29,873 bases of DNA from the IMG/VR virus record IMGVR_UViG_3300009095_000052, positions 1 through 29,873 of that record. One strand, written 5' to 3'. Below are positions 1 through 8,790 of the stretch, piece by piece. The translations under genes were made by a program, and so were the position numbers. Every line of letters begins with the position of its first letter. Within the stretch, counting starts at the first letter, position 1. The notes below the pieces were generated by a model. It worked only from the letters and a program-made list of their open reading frames with translations, had not been told where the DNA came from and made no database searches. The DNA comes from a virus. Lineage: Duplodnaviria; Caudoviricetes.

Positions 1-6
1 ACCGGA

Positions 7-186
7 TCACTCATCGCAGGAGTCCTCATCGAAGTGCTGCTGCGACACGGACACGCTGTCCACGTGGTCGTGGCCGGACAAGTGCTCGCGCTGGAGTTCC
101 TGGAAGCGGGCGAGCGTCGCCTCGATGGCCGGGCCGGAGCCGGGCTCGTCGTTGTGGATCACCGACAGGGTGACGATGGTGGGCAC
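7..186 (-). CDS. hypothetical protein (59 aa)
   Basis: C-terminal part of ORF 7..348; GTG at 186 preceded by GAGGAG Shine-Dalgarno. Confidence 0.6.
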   Translation of the reverse strand: MPTIVTLSVIHNDEPGSGPAIEATLARFQELQREHLSGHDHVDSVSVSQQHFDEDSCDE

Positions 187-217
187 GGGGTCTCCTCGGT
201 GGATGGTGGGTGGCGGA

Positions 218-508
218 CTACGGGGCCGGGCGCAGCGGTGCAGCGCTACCGGTGTGGCCACCCGGTCCCCAGGTCCAGGACCGCAGGACCGGGCCGCAGA
301 TGCGATTGCCGTGCACACGGCAGTCCCAGCACGGCTCGTCCTCCTCACAGCGCAGCGGGAGCGGAGTCAGGACGCGGTAGTCCCTCAGCGGAAGCTCCAG
401 CGTCCGAATGGGCGCGTGGAACACCTGGGGTACCTCGGCGGCTGCCGAGCCGCCTCCGGCGACGAGAGCGGTCGCTACGGCCGCGCTGGCGGCGAGCGTG
501 CGGATCAT
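218..508 (-). CDS. secreted/membrane-anchored Cys-rich hypothetical protein
   Basis: AAGGAGG RBS; signal-peptide-like N-terminus (MIRTLAASAAVATALVAGG); CEEDEPCWDCRVHGNRICGP motif. Confidence 0.7.
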   Translation of the reverse strand: MIRTLAASAAVATALVAGGGSAAAEVPQVFHAPIRTLELPLRDYRVLTPLPLRCEEDEPCWDCRVHGNRICGPVLRSWTWGPGGHTGSAAPLRPAP

Positions 509-544
509 GGTTCCTCCTTGGGTCGGGTGAATCGGACGGTAGCG

Positions 545-1489
545 CTAGAACGTGCGCCGGGTGTGGACGACAGCGGGACGGACCTCGAACCAGTCGGCCG
601 GGGCGTGGCCGTCACGGCGCACCTGGAGCTTGGTCATGTCGGTCATCTGCATCCAGGCGTTGAAGGCGTTCACCGCCACGTCCAGGTCGGTCGCGATTTC
701 GCGGGAGTTGTTGGAGGCGGTGTTGAACGGCGAGTCACCGGCCCACCGGCGGCGCACGGCCTGGATCAGCTTCGGGGTGTGCTCGTCGGCGATGTTCTCG
801 ATCACGCGGCGCAGGAAGGTCTCCACGTGCTCACGCCGGGCACCGCTGCTGTCGAGGTAGAAGCACAGCGTGCCCAGCATCGCGGCGGCGACAGCGGACT
901 TGCCGCCCATGCGGGAGCCCTGCCGCAGGGTCAGGAACGAGGTCTTGCGCGCGGCGTTGCTCAGCGAGACACCGAGCGTCGCGGCCCACGCCAGCGGTTC
1001 GGAGTTCTCGTGGGCGAACGCGGCCACCGACTCACGGCGGGTGAACTCGGGATTGCCCTGGAGCAGCATCACCACGCGCGCCACCGCCGCCATCTGCTTG
1101 GCGTTCTTGGTGTCGGCGTCGAGCCAGTTGAGGATGTCGGCGGCCGTGCGCGGGGTGCCCTGGTCGATGGTGGGCATCGCCGCCGAGGACACGCCGCGCA
1201 CCACGAGGGTCCACGCGGGCACACCGCTGGATTCGATGGCCTTGAGCCGGTGCTGTCCGTCGAGCAGGTGGCCCTCGTCGGAGATGACGATGGTCGCGCC
1301 GTTGAAGGTGAACTCGCCCTGCCGCAGGGTCTCGGCCAGGCCGCGCACGTAGGCACCGCGCACGCGCCGGTTGTTGTGGTTGAGGGCCAGCAGCTCGGTG
1401 GCGTCGGCGGGGGTGAGCAGCACCCCGGAGACGAGGATGGCGTTGCCCTCGATGTCGATCAGCATCTCGCGATCGGTGTTCGGGTCCAT
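545..1489 (-). CDS. ParB/Srx-like (DGQHR motif) domain protein
   Basis: NHNNRRVR...GEFTFNGATI...LLDGQHRLKAI motif; GGAAGGA RBS; own upstream promoter. Confidence 0.7.
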   Translation of the reverse strand: MDPNTDREMLIDIEGNAILVSGVLLTPADATELLALNHNNRRVRGAYVRGLAETLRQGEFTFNGATIVISDEGHLLDGQHRLKAIESSGVPAWTLVVRGVSSAAMPTIDQGTPRTAADILNWLDADTKNAKQMAAVARVVMLLQGNPEFTRRESVAAFAHENSEPLAWAATLGVSLSNAARKTSFLTLRQGSRMGGKSAVAAAMLGTLCFYLDSSGARREHVETFLRRVIENIADEHTPKLIQAVRRRWAGDSPFNTASNNSREIATDLDVAVNAFNAWMQMTDMTKLQVRRDGHAPADWFEVRPAVVHTRRTF

Positions 1490-1534
1490 CGGGTTCCTTC
1501 CCTGGTGGTCACGGCTTGCTGCCGTACCCCGACA

Positions 1535-1562
1535 AAAATACCCGGCGAGCGGGTGTCGTCAA
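1535..1562 (-). promoter_or_regulatory. sigma70/SigA-like promoter for 545..1489, variant of the repeated ACACCCG-type promoter
   Basis: minus strand TTGACG-acacccgctcgccggg-TATTTT; the -35 overlaps the stop codon of the HNH gene. Confidence 0.55.
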
Positions 1563-2017
1563 GCCCAATCAGGATTCACCTGGTCCCAGCGCCATCCGTC
1601 CGGGATCATCTGCCGCGCCACGGCCTTGGACACTCCCAGCGCCTTCGCAACCTTCGAGGGCGTGGCCCCGGCCCAGTACAGCCGGGCGGCCTGCTCGGCG
1701 TCCTCCGGCGTGATGCGGGCTGCGGAGCGGTCGATCAGGTCGCGCCCCATGAAGCCGCGATGGCGTCCACGGTCGATCATGTCCTGGACGTTCTGGCTCG
1801 GCGTGCCGGTGATCAGGTGCGCAGGGTTGATGCACGGCGGGTTGTCGCACTGATGGCGGACCACATGCCCGGCGGGGATCGGGCCGACCCAGCGCTCGTA
1901 GGCGATCCGGTGTGCGCCGATGCCCTTGATGGTGCCGTAGGTCAGGTTGCCGTAGACCCAGCAACCCTTGGCGCTGACCGTCCAGCCGTGTTCGTCCATG
2001 AGGCGGTGGAGTTCCAT
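1559..2017 (-). CDS. HNH endonuclease with C-terminal HTH
   Basis: AHRIAYE...VVRHQCDNPPCINPAHLITGTPSQNVQDM HNH signature; C-terminal PSKVAKALGVSKAVAR HTH; ATG 7 nt after a TATCGT -10 (leaderless). Confidence 0.85.
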   Translation of the reverse strand: MELHRLMDEHGWTVSAKGCWVYGNLTYGTIKGIGAHRIAYERWVGPIPAGHVVRHQCDNPPCINPAHLITGTPSQNVQDMIDRGRHRGFMGRDLIDRSAARITPEDAEQAARLYWAGATPSKVAKALGVSKAVARQMIPDGWRWDQVNPDWA

Positions 2018-2024
2018 GAATCGA

Positions 2025-2052
2025 ACGATAACTCTTGACAAGCGGGTATCAA
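2025..2052 (-). promoter_or_regulatory. leaderless SigA-like promoter for the HNH gene
   Basis: TTGATA-N16-TATCGT-N7-ATG on the minus strand. Confidence 0.55.
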
Positions 2053-2395
2053 GTGTGCCATTCGCGCGCGCGCGAATCAGCCATCAACTTGACAACGTTG
2101 TTATGATCATCGTCAACGACGTTCTTCAACGACCCCTCCCCTTGTCCTTGGGATGGTTGGACGACCCCAAGGGAGGACAACCCTTCCCCTTTGACGTTGG
2201 GGTTGTCTTCTGACATTTGATGCTGTATCGCGCGCGCGTACGTGCGCGCGAGGGCTGACGCGCCCGCTCCTCCCTTGGGGTCGTCGCGCGCTCGGCTACC
2301 GCAGGCACAGGCGCAGGATCAGGGTGCGAGCGGAGCTGCGCCAATTGGGCGCACAACGACACCCCACCAGGGCGTTTTGTTCAGTTAACAGAGGG
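2053..2395. other. non-coding divergent control region with palindromes and alternating CG tracts (possible origin or packaging-related site)
   Basis: no convincing ORF; perfect palindrome ATT(CG)6AAT at 2060-2077; 22-nt alternating pyrimidine-purine run at 2229-2250; lower GC than the coding regions. Confidence 0.45.
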
Positions 2396-2410
2396 TGTTA
2401 TGGTTGCTGA
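2396..2410 (+). promoter_or_regulatory. extended -10 leaderless promoter for the rightward operon
   Basis: TG-T-TATGGT (-10 at 2399-2404) followed 6 nt later by ATG 2411, with no RBS. Confidence 0.55.
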
Positions 2411-2902
2411 ATGGACGTTGACCGGGTGTTTATCAGCAGGATCGCAGCGGGGCTGCCGACGCCGGTATTCGCCGAGCCCGGTGACCGGATCGAAGACCTT
2501 CGTCTGGTCGAGCTGCGTGAGGTGCTGATCGCTGCGCGCGGTGAGGATGTACCGGTGAAGCTGTGCCCGAACCAGGGCAGCGCCAGGGTGATCGCCACTC
2601 GGCTGCGGCGGGTGCTCGGACCGGAGTTCATCGTCACCACCGACGAGGTGGGCATCGTCTCGGCGCGGGCGAGGATGGCGGGCGAGCCCGCCCGGCTCAA
2701 GTCGTCGCTGCGGTTCGACCGGTCTCGGTGGATGACGGCGGCCGAGGCTGCGGAGTATCTGGGGCTGAGCGTGCTGTGGCTGCGTCGGCTCTCCGATCGC
2801 GGTGAGGTGACCAGGAAGTACTTCGGGCGGCGCGTGTTGTATCGGCGCTCCGAGGTGGAACGGCTGCGCGCGCGGCGTGCGGCCGAGAAGGCAAACCAGT
2901 GA
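2411..2902 (+). CDS. helix-turn-helix (MerR/excisionase-like) DNA-binding protein
   Basis: C-terminal WMTAAEAAEYLGLSVLWLRRL...GRRVLYRRSEVERL, typical HTH_17-like pattern. Confidence 0.8.
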   Translation: MDVDRVFISRIAAGLPTPVFAEPGDRIEDLRLVELREVLIAARGEDVPVKLCPNQGSARVIATRLRRVLGPEFIVTTDEVGIVSARARMAGEPARLKSSLRFDRSRWMTAAEAAEYLGLSVLWLRRLSDRGEVTRKYFGRRVLYRRSEVERLRARRAAEKANQ

Positions 2903-3093
2903 GGAAGTCGGTGAGGGACGTGGCTGATCTGTTCGCGATCCCGGCCCACAGCGACACGTCGTCGCTGTTCGAGGCGCACTACGACGGCGAGTGCGGGAAC
3001 TGCTGGCGTCCGTTCTACGAGGGCGAGCGCGTGGGCTACATCGACGGCGACACGCTCGCCTGCGAGCAGTGCTACACCCAGGAGACCCGGTGA
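2899..3093 (+). CDS. small zinc-binding hypothetical protein
   Basis: CGNC...CEQC; GTGA overlap with the upstream gene. Confidence 0.7.
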   Translation: MRKSVRDVADLFAIPAHSDTSSLFEAHYDGECGNCWRPFYEGERVGYIDGDTLACEQCYTQETR

Positions 3094-3284
3094 GCGCGCC
3101 GGACGACGCGCCACTGGGATGGCGCTCGCTGGTGCTCAACATCGCGGTGATCGGCCTGATCCTCGGGCTCATCCTGTGGATCTGGACGGGCGAGTGGCGC
3201 TGGGGAGCGTCCGGGGCGGCCCTGACCTTGCTGGCCGCCGTCGCAGGCGCTCCACGGCGCAAGGAGGCCCGCGACGATGCCTAG
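3090..3284 (+). CDS. small membrane protein (2 TM)
   Basis: GTG overlapping the previous stop; two hydrophobic segments. Confidence 0.7.
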   Translation: MSAPDDAPLGWRSLVLNIAVIGLILGLILWIWTGEWRWGASGAALTLLAAVAGAPRRKEARDDA

Positions 3285-3615
3285 CAGCGGACGGCCCGAC
3301 TTCGTAATCCTCGGCGTACCGCACTCGGACGGGAAGGTGATGGTGCTGGCCTCCACCGAGCTGCGGGAGGCCGAGTTGCAGTACGAGGCCGAGTACGCCG
3401 AATCGCTCTACCTCTCACGCCCCGAGCGCGTGTGGCAGGAGTACCGGCTGACCACGAGGATGCACGGCTACGTGATGGTCATCGGGGACAGCTACCCCGA
3501 CGCGCTAAGCAAGTTGTTCGGGCAGTGGAGCCCGAGCGAGCACCCGCAGGACGTGCTCGATGCCGTGGTGCGCCGCGTGGACCCTTCACAGCTGCGCGCG
3601 ATCGAAGGAGGATGA
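3277..3615 (+). CDS. hypothetical protein
   Basis: AAGGAGG RBS; fits the tightly packed operon. Confidence 0.75.
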   Translation: MPSSGRPDFVILGVPHSDGKVMVLASTELREAELQYEAEYAESLYLSRPERVWQEYRLTTRMHGYVMVIGDSYPDALSKLFGQWSPSEHPQDVLDAVVRRVDPSQLRAIEGG

Positions 3616-4088
3616 CCCCGATGCCCGAGACCGACGTGGAGCGCGAAATCGCTGTGGCCGAGCGGCGAGTCGCTGCGATTCGCCTGCGCAACGCCGGGGC
3701 CTCGGTCGCGCAGGTGGCCGACAAGCTCGGCATCTCGCGCGAGCAGGCCGCGCGCGACATCACCGACGGCCTGCGTGACATCCTGCGGGAACCGGCCGAG
3801 AATCTGATCGCCAACCAGCAGGCCATCGTCCGCGACGTGATCCGCGCGATGTACGCGGGCATGGCCGCTGGCGACCCGAAGGCGTCCCAGCAGGTGATGC
3901 TCGCGCTGAGCCACCAGGCGAAGTTGTTCGGGCTGTTCGCCCCGACCCGCATCGTCCACTCCATCCCCGACGAGGACTTCGCCGCGACGGCCATCGCGCT
4001 CATGCGCGAGATCGGGCTAGGCGCGCCGGAGTCGCCCCGAATCCTGGATGCCGCGCCCACCGACGAGACCGATTGGACTACCGGATGA
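3612..4088 (+). CDS. probable terminase small subunit (N-terminal HTH)
   Basis: AIRLRNAGASVAQVADKLGISREQAARDI HTH followed by a helical domain ending AKLFGLFAP; alternative start 3621 has better RBS spacing; lies upstream of the large terminase. Confidence 0.55.
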   Translation: MTPMPETDVEREIAVAERRVAAIRLRNAGASVAQVADKLGISREQAARDITDGLRDILREPAENLIANQQAIVRDVIRAMYAGMAAGDPKASQQVMLALSHQAKLFGLFAPTRIVHSIPDEDFAATAIALMREIGLGAPESPRILDAAPTDETDWTTG

Positions 4089-4501
4089 GCAAGAACTACG
4101 CACTGATCTGCCCCGGCTGCGGCCGTGGTGTCGGCCCGGCCAACCCCGAAGGCGACGAGCCGCCAGCACCGCCCGAGGGCGCGGTGCTGGCCTGCAACAA
4201 GTGCCTGGCCCTCTACATCTACGACAGCGAGTGGCGCACCCCGACCGTCAGCGAGCGCGCCCTGATCATGACCGACGAGCGCATGATCAAGATGATGAAC
4301 TTCCACCAGGAGATCGCGCTGTGGCAGGACGGGGATCGCGAGCGTATCCGCGCGTGCGTGATGCCGTTCCTGCTGTCGCTGCTCGCGCACGAGACCACCG
4401 TGGATATCGCGGCCGGGGATATGGCCGACGCGCTGATCGCGGCCGACTTCCACACCCACCCCAGCGAGGAGCTGATGGAGGCGTATGCCGATGACGAGTG
4501 A
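4085..4501 (+). CDS. hypothetical protein with zinc ribbon
   Basis: CPGC...CNKC; ATGA overlap with the upstream stop. Confidence 0.7.
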   Translation: MSKNYALICPGCGRGVGPANPEGDEPPAPPEGAVLACNKCLALYIYDSEWRTPTVSERALIMTDERMIKMMNFHQEIALWQDGDRERIRACVMPFLLSLLAHETTVDIAAGDMADALIAADFHTHPSEELMEAYADDE

Positions 4502-4721
4502 CGAGGCCGAGCGGCTGGCCGCGCAGATGGCGGCCGGTTTCAAGCGCATCGGCGACAACCTCAAGGCGATGGGCGTGCTGGGAGCGGTGATGCGCGGCGA
4601 TATCCTGCAGGCGCTGGCGAACCTGTCCCAGATGCCGGTCGAGACCATCCGCGAACTCAGCGCGGCGGCCTCGCTGCTGGGCTCTCTCGCCGACGAGGAG
4701 CTGGTGCGTCGTGAGCGCTGA
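4491..4721 (+). CDS. hypothetical protein
   Basis: GGAGG RBS at 4477-4481; helical protein in the packed operon. Confidence 0.65.
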   Translation: MTSDEAERLAAQMAAGFKRIGDNLKAMGVLGAVMRGDILQALANLSQMPVETIRELSAAASLLGSLADEELVRRER

Positions 4722-4908
4722 GCGCAGGCCTCACCTCAAGCGGTTCTGCCCTCTGCGCGAGCAGGAGGGCTGCGACTGGGAGCAGGTGACGAGCTGGTAC
4801 ATCGGCTCGCCGCTGATCACCCAGCCTGTCCCCAAGGAGCAGCTGGAGGACGAGGCGCGCCTGCACCTGGAAGCCCACTACGGACTGGTGAGGAAGTACT
4901 TCACTTGA
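4711..4908 (+). CDS. hypothetical protein
   Basis: GAGGAG upstream; overlaps both neighbours. Confidence 0.6.
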   Translation: MSAERRPHLKRFCPLREQEGCDWEQVTSWYIGSPLITQPVPKEQLEDEARLHLEAHYGLVRKYFT

Positions 4909-5303
4909 GCACGCCGCTCGGTGTCCGGGGATGGAAGCCGGACGAGAACCTGATCGAACACGTCCGGCTGGCCGGGATGCCCATTACCGAGCTGACCGGC
5001 CCCGACCGCGCCTGGGTCGTGGCCGGTCTGGCCGCCGCTGGCTGGACAGCCGAGGAGACGGCCAAGCACCTGCGATGTTCGCTCCGGCTGATCCGCCAGA
5101 TCAGGGCCGAGCCCATGTTCGTCGTCGCCTGCTACGCCCTCGGGCTGCGCGAGCAGCTGCTGCTCGCCGAGACCAGGGCCGCCGAGAACGAACGCGCCCA
5201 CCGGCGCGCAATCACCCACCTGCGCAACGAGATGCGCCAGGTCATCGCCCAGCGCAATAAGCTCATCGACAAGAAATCCACCAACCGAAGGATTACCGCG
5301 TGA
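4905..5303 (+). CDS. putative HTH DNA-binding protein with coiled-coil C-terminus
   Basis: GWTAEETAKHLRCSLRLIRQIRA HTH-like segment; TTG start overlapping the previous stop. Confidence 0.65.
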   Translation: MSTPLGVRGWKPDENLIEHVRLAGMPITELTGPDRAWVVAGLAAAGWTAEETAKHLRCSLRLIRQIRAEPMFVVACYALGLREQLLLAETRAAENERAHRRAITHLRNEMRQVIAQRNKLIDKKSTNRRITA

Positions 5304-6082
5304 TCACTCGCGTCATCACCGTCGGCGGCACCGGCGAGGTCGCTGGCACCCCGACCAACATGCTCAACCTGGCTGTGGCGCAGACCACCCGGCCGATCAA
5401 CCACACCGACCTGGACTACCCGGCCAGCGTCACCATCTCCAACCCGGACGGCGACCTGGCCGGTGCCAGCGAGCTGGAGAGCCGCGCGGTCGGTCTCGCC
5501 AACCTCAAGGCGCTGCTGGAGACCAGCCCCGAGCCGGTCATCCTGATGGGCTACTCGCTCGGCGCGCTGGTGGTCTCGGACTACCTGGAACAGCGCGCGG
5601 CCGGTCTGCCCGGTCCCCAGATCGTCGCGGTGATCAACATCGCCAACCCCTCGCGCTGGGAAGGCGACAGCTACGGCATGCCCTCGGTCGGCTACGGCCT
5701 GGACGGCCCGCACGGCCCGTGGCCGATGGTCCCGCGCTACGAAATCGCCAACCCCGGTGACATGATCACCTCGGCCAGCGCCTGGACGCCGTGGCGTCGG
5801 TTCGCCGTGGTCATCCGGGGCCTGAGCTTCGGCAACCTCGCCGCGTGGGGTCCGGCGCTGCTGGCCGGTCTGGATGAACTCAAGGCACAGGGCCTCGGCG
5901 CGAACTGGTGGAAGCCCGAGTGGTGGATCGCCTTCGCGCAGGCACCCGGCGAGCTGTACGGCTACCTCTACGGTGGCGAGCACACCACCGCCTACACCCA
6001 GCGCGCCCAGTGGGCCGACGAGGAGGGCAACCTCGTCACCGGCGTGGCACTGGCGGCGCTGCTGGTGGATGCGTACTCTTAG
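5300..6082 (+). CDS. alpha/beta serine hydrolase (cutinase/PE-PPE-like; lysin B-like)
   Basis: nucleophile elbow GYSLGA, IANP motif, later Asp (GDMIT) and His (GEHT) candidates. Confidence 0.75.
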   Translation: MITRVITVGGTGEVAGTPTNMLNLAVAQTTRPINHTDLDYPASVTISNPDGDLAGASELESRAVGLANLKALLETSPEPVILMGYSLGALVVSDYLEQRAAGLPGPQIVAVINIANPSRWEGDSYGMPSVGYGLDGPHGPWPMVPRYEIANPGDMITSASAWTPWRRFAVVIRGLSFGNLAAWGPALLAGLDELKAQGLGANWWKPEWWIAFAQAPGELYGYLYGGEHTTAYTQRAQWADEEGNLVTGVALAALLVDAYS

Positions 6083-6106
6083 ACCCGGCGATATCCGAAC
6101 ACCGGC

Positions 6107-6146
6107 GACACTGCCCCGGCTTCCCTCACTGGGCCGGGGCAGTGTC
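6107..6146 (+). terminator. stem-loop after the hydrolase gene
   Basis: 14-bp perfect stem GACACTGCCCCGGC/GCCGGGGCAGTGTC. Confidence 0.6.
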
Positions 6147-6168
6147 GTGTCCGCACAACACCCGCCCA

Positions 6169-6189
6169 TGCAGGGCGATGAGCTACCCT
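6169..6189 (+). promoter_or_regulatory. putative late promoter (TGCAGG-N9-TACCCT), leaderless
   Basis: matches a five-copy motif; ATG 6196 follows 6 nt after the -10-like box. Confidence 0.6.
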
Positions 6190-6195
6190 CGCGTC

Positions 6196-6951
6196 ATGGC
6201 CTCGAAGACCTCTGCCGCCCCGTCCGAGCTGGCGCTGTTCCACCGCAACCCCAAGCGCGGTGACGTGCCCGCCATCGAGCGCAGCCTGCTCGCGCACGAC
6301 CAGTACCGGCCCATCGTCGTCAACAAGGGCACCCACACCGGCCGACCGATGGAAGTGCTGGCGGGCAACCACACGCTCATCGCCATCCGCAACCTCGCCG
6401 AGCGCTATCCCGACGACGCGCGCTGGCACAAGGTCGCGATCCACGTCATCGACGTGGACGACGACCGGGCCACCCGCATCGTGCTCGCCGACAACCGGAC
6501 CGCCGAGCTGGGCGGGATGGACGAAGAGACGCTGGCCGAGCTGCTGACCAACCTGGGCGGAGAGCTGGACGGCACCGGCTACTCCAGCGAAGACCTGGAC
6601 GACCTCATTGCCCTCGGGCAGGAGGGCCTGGAGCACATCGAGTTCGACGCCAAGAAGAAGGGCCAGCGCGAGGACGGCCTGGTCGATGGCGACACCATCG
6701 AGGATCGCCAGGACGTGTACGCCGACCAGGCCACCCGGCTGATCATCCTCAATCTTCCGATCCCCCAGTTCATCTGGGCACAGGGCATCCTCGAACGCTA
6801 CCGCGAGGCCACCGGGGTCGAGTCCAACGCCGAGGCGCTGCTCACCTTCCTGAGCGAGTGGTCGAACGAGACGCCTCCGGCCGCCGACGCCGAGCTGGAG
6901 CCCGTGCCCGGCACCGAGGCCGAGGCGGTCAACCCCTTCGCCCAGGCGTAG
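6196..6951 (+). CDS. ParB-like nuclease domain protein
   Basis: HRNPKRGDV..I..SL...DQYRPIVV...VLAGNHTL...LADNRTAELG, ParB N-terminal signature. Confidence 0.85.
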   Translation: MASKTSAAPSELALFHRNPKRGDVPAIERSLLAHDQYRPIVVNKGTHTGRPMEVLAGNHTLIAIRNLAERYPDDARWHKVAIHVIDVDDDRATRIVLADNRTAELGGMDEETLAELLTNLGGELDGTGYSSEDLDDLIALGQEGLEHIEFDAKKKGQREDGLVDGDTIEDRQDVYADQATRLIILNLPIPQFIWAQGILERYREATGVESNAEALLTFLSEWSNETPPAADAELEPVPGTEAEAVNPFAQA

Positions 6952-6953
6952 CC

Positions 6954-7814
6954 GTGAGCACGCCGCTCGAACGCCTGTACTTGCCCCGAGTGCTGACCCC
7001 GCAGCAGGCCAGCCACCTCGTCGGCGAGATGGTGACCGAGCGCGAGCCCTCTCTGCTCGCGCCCGGCACCGTGGTCCATGATGCCGAGACCGGCGCGCCC
7101 GTGCTGGCGTATCTGCCACTGGACGAGCCAGCCGCCCTGCGCCGCGCGGCGTTGAGCGTGGACTTCGACAAGTCCACCCTCGGCCGCCAGAAGAACTACC
7201 GTTCGCGCTCGCGCACGTTCGGGTTCTCACCACGGCGGCCCGTCGTCCTGCGGGAGGGCTGCACGCTCGCCGCGCTCGCGCACGAGCAGCCCGACGTGGA
7301 GCGCGTGCTGGAGTCCTACGCCGACCGGTTCAGCGCGGCGCTGGAGACCATCGACCCCGACATCGTGTCCAAGGACCAGGCCACCCTCGGTGACGTGCTG
7401 CCGGACTGGCGCATGGGCGAGGCGAAATTGTGGACCTCCGGCGTCGTCAACGACACCGCACAACTTCCGTACCACCGCGACGGCTTCAACTTCGCCACCT
7501 GGTCGGCGATGCCCGTGGTCCGGCGCGGTGTGCGCGGCGGGCACCTGCACCTGCCCGAGTACGACGTGACCGTGCCGTGCATGGACTCCACGGTGACCTA
7601 CTTCCCCGGCTACACCTACGTCCACGGCGTCACGCCGATGACCAAGGCGCGGGCCGACGGCTACCGGATCAGCATCGTCTACTACGCCCTCAAGGGCATG
7701 AAGAACTGCCGCGAGGCGGCAGAGGAAACGCGCTACGCGCGGACCCGGCGAACCGAACGCGAGGCCGACATGGCCCGCCGTCTGGCCGCCGGAGACAAGG
7801 AGATTCCCCGGTGA
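6954..7814 (+). CDS. TET/JBP-family 2-oxoglutarate/Fe(II) dioxygenase
   Basis: HxD (YHRDGFN), distal His (VHGVTP) and 2OG-binding RISIVYY motif. Confidence 0.85.
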   Translation: MSTPLERLYLPRVLTPQQASHLVGEMVTEREPSLLAPGTVVHDAETGAPVLAYLPLDEPAALRRAALSVDFDKSTLGRQKNYRSRSRTFGFSPRRPVVLREGCTLAALAHEQPDVERVLESYADRFSAALETIDPDIVSKDQATLGDVLPDWRMGEAKLWTSGVVNDTAQLPYHRDGFNFATWSAMPVVRRGVRGGHLHLPEYDVTVPCMDSTVTYFPGYTYVHGVTPMTKARADGYRISIVYYALKGMKNCREAAEETRYARTRRTEREADMARRLAAGDKEIPR

Positions 7815-8695
7815 CCCTGCGCCGCGACCGTAGGCAGCGACTCGACCACTACGCCGAGTGGCACCACCTCCAGGTCGCGACTGGGGACATCGACCCGGCC
7901 TACCCCGTGCTGGCTCACATCGCCGGGCAGTTCGGCCGGACCGACGGCGCGTGGCTGGTGCTGCGGCACGTCGCCTACTACCACCTCGGCTCAGCGCTGC
8001 GCTCCTACGCCGAGAGCCAGGGACCGCGCCTGCCGTCGATGCTGTTGCGCCTGCCGACCGGCACCGAGCGCCGGGCGCACCGCGACGTACGCCAGTTCGC
8101 CGCGCACTGGGACGACCTCGTCCGCCAGGTCGCCGAGCACGGCGGCCCGCGCGAGTTCCTGACCCCGACGCAGACCGGGCGCGCCGGATGGGACGAGCTG
8201 ATCGAGCGGCTGTGCGGCGTCCGGGGCAACGGCCGGTGGGCCGCGTACAAGACCGCTGAGCTGGCACAGAAGGTGCTCGGCGTGCCGATCATCGCCTCCG
8301 ACGCCGGGCACGCCTACAGCACCGGCCCGCGCAAGGGCCTGGCCCTGCTCCAGGACATCCCCGGTGACAACTCGCCGGAATCCATCGCGATCCTGGACAA
8401 CATGACCGACCAGCTCGCGCGCTGGCTGCCCGAGCGCGATATCGCGCAGGTGGAGACCAGCCTGTGCGACTTCCACTCGGCGTTCCGGGGTCGGTACTAC
8501 ATCGGCAAGGACATTGACGAACAGCTCCACCACCTGCTGGCCGTCCCGTCGGACTTCACTCCGCTGGCGCTGCGAGCGCGCCAGCTCGCCTTCCCGAATC
8601 AGTACCTCGGCGAGGAGCACGGCTGGACCGAGGTGGACAAGGAGCGCTGCAAGGTCTACCGCGACACCGGCCGCATCATCGTCCGGGAGCGGTGA
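7811..8695 (+). CDS. alpha-glutamyl/putrescinyl-thymine pyrophosphorylase (amino acid:DNA transferase)-like protein
   Basis: GDIDPAY N-terminal motif, HhH-like GNGRWAAYKTAE, STGPRKGL, VETSLCDF and YYIGKDIDE; context between dioxygenase and kinase. Confidence 0.75.
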   Translation: MTLRRDRRQRLDHYAEWHHLQVATGDIDPAYPVLAHIAGQFGRTDGAWLVLRHVAYYHLGSALRSYAESQGPRLPSMLLRLPTGTERRAHRDVRQFAAHWDDLVRQVAEHGGPREFLTPTQTGRAGWDELIERLCGVRGNGRWAAYKTAELAQKVLGVPIIASDAGHAYSTGPRKGLALLQDIPGDNSPESIAILDNMTDQLARWLPERDIAQVETSLCDFHSAFRGRYYIGKDIDEQLHHLLAVPSDFTPLALRARQLAFPNQYLGEEHGWTEVDKERCKVYRDTGRIIVRER

Positions 8696-8790
8696 TGCGT
8701 GCGGCGGTCAGCGACCTGCTCGACCGCGTGATGCTGCGGGCAGCGCAATGGATATGGGACTGGACCCAGAGGAGGACACATGGCCGATGA
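8695..8790 (+). CDS. 31-aa Trp-rich micro-ORF (MRAAVSDLLDRVMLRAAQWIWDWTQRRTHGR)
   Basis: TGATG coupling to the upstream stop; fills the only gap in the operon and overlaps the kinase start; absent from the ORF track. Confidence 0.4.
   Translation: MRAAVSDLLDRVMLRAAQWIWDWTQRRTHGR

Noticed and set aside
545-1489. DndB / phosphorothioation system suggested by the DGQHR motif
   Set aside because: The motif is shared across ParB/Srx-like domains and no other dnd or ssp genes are present.
125-2038. Long alternative-frame ORFs (125..2038 +, 9207..10700 extension, 14938..16122 +, 16717..18549 -, 21339..23465 -)
   Set aside because: Shadow ORFs expected in high-GC DNA; they overlap genes with clear motifs and RBSs and have no recognisable domains.
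2411-2902. Excisionase marking a prophage integration module
   Set aside because: Only the generic HTH matches; no integrase, repressor, att site or host genes are visible in the window.
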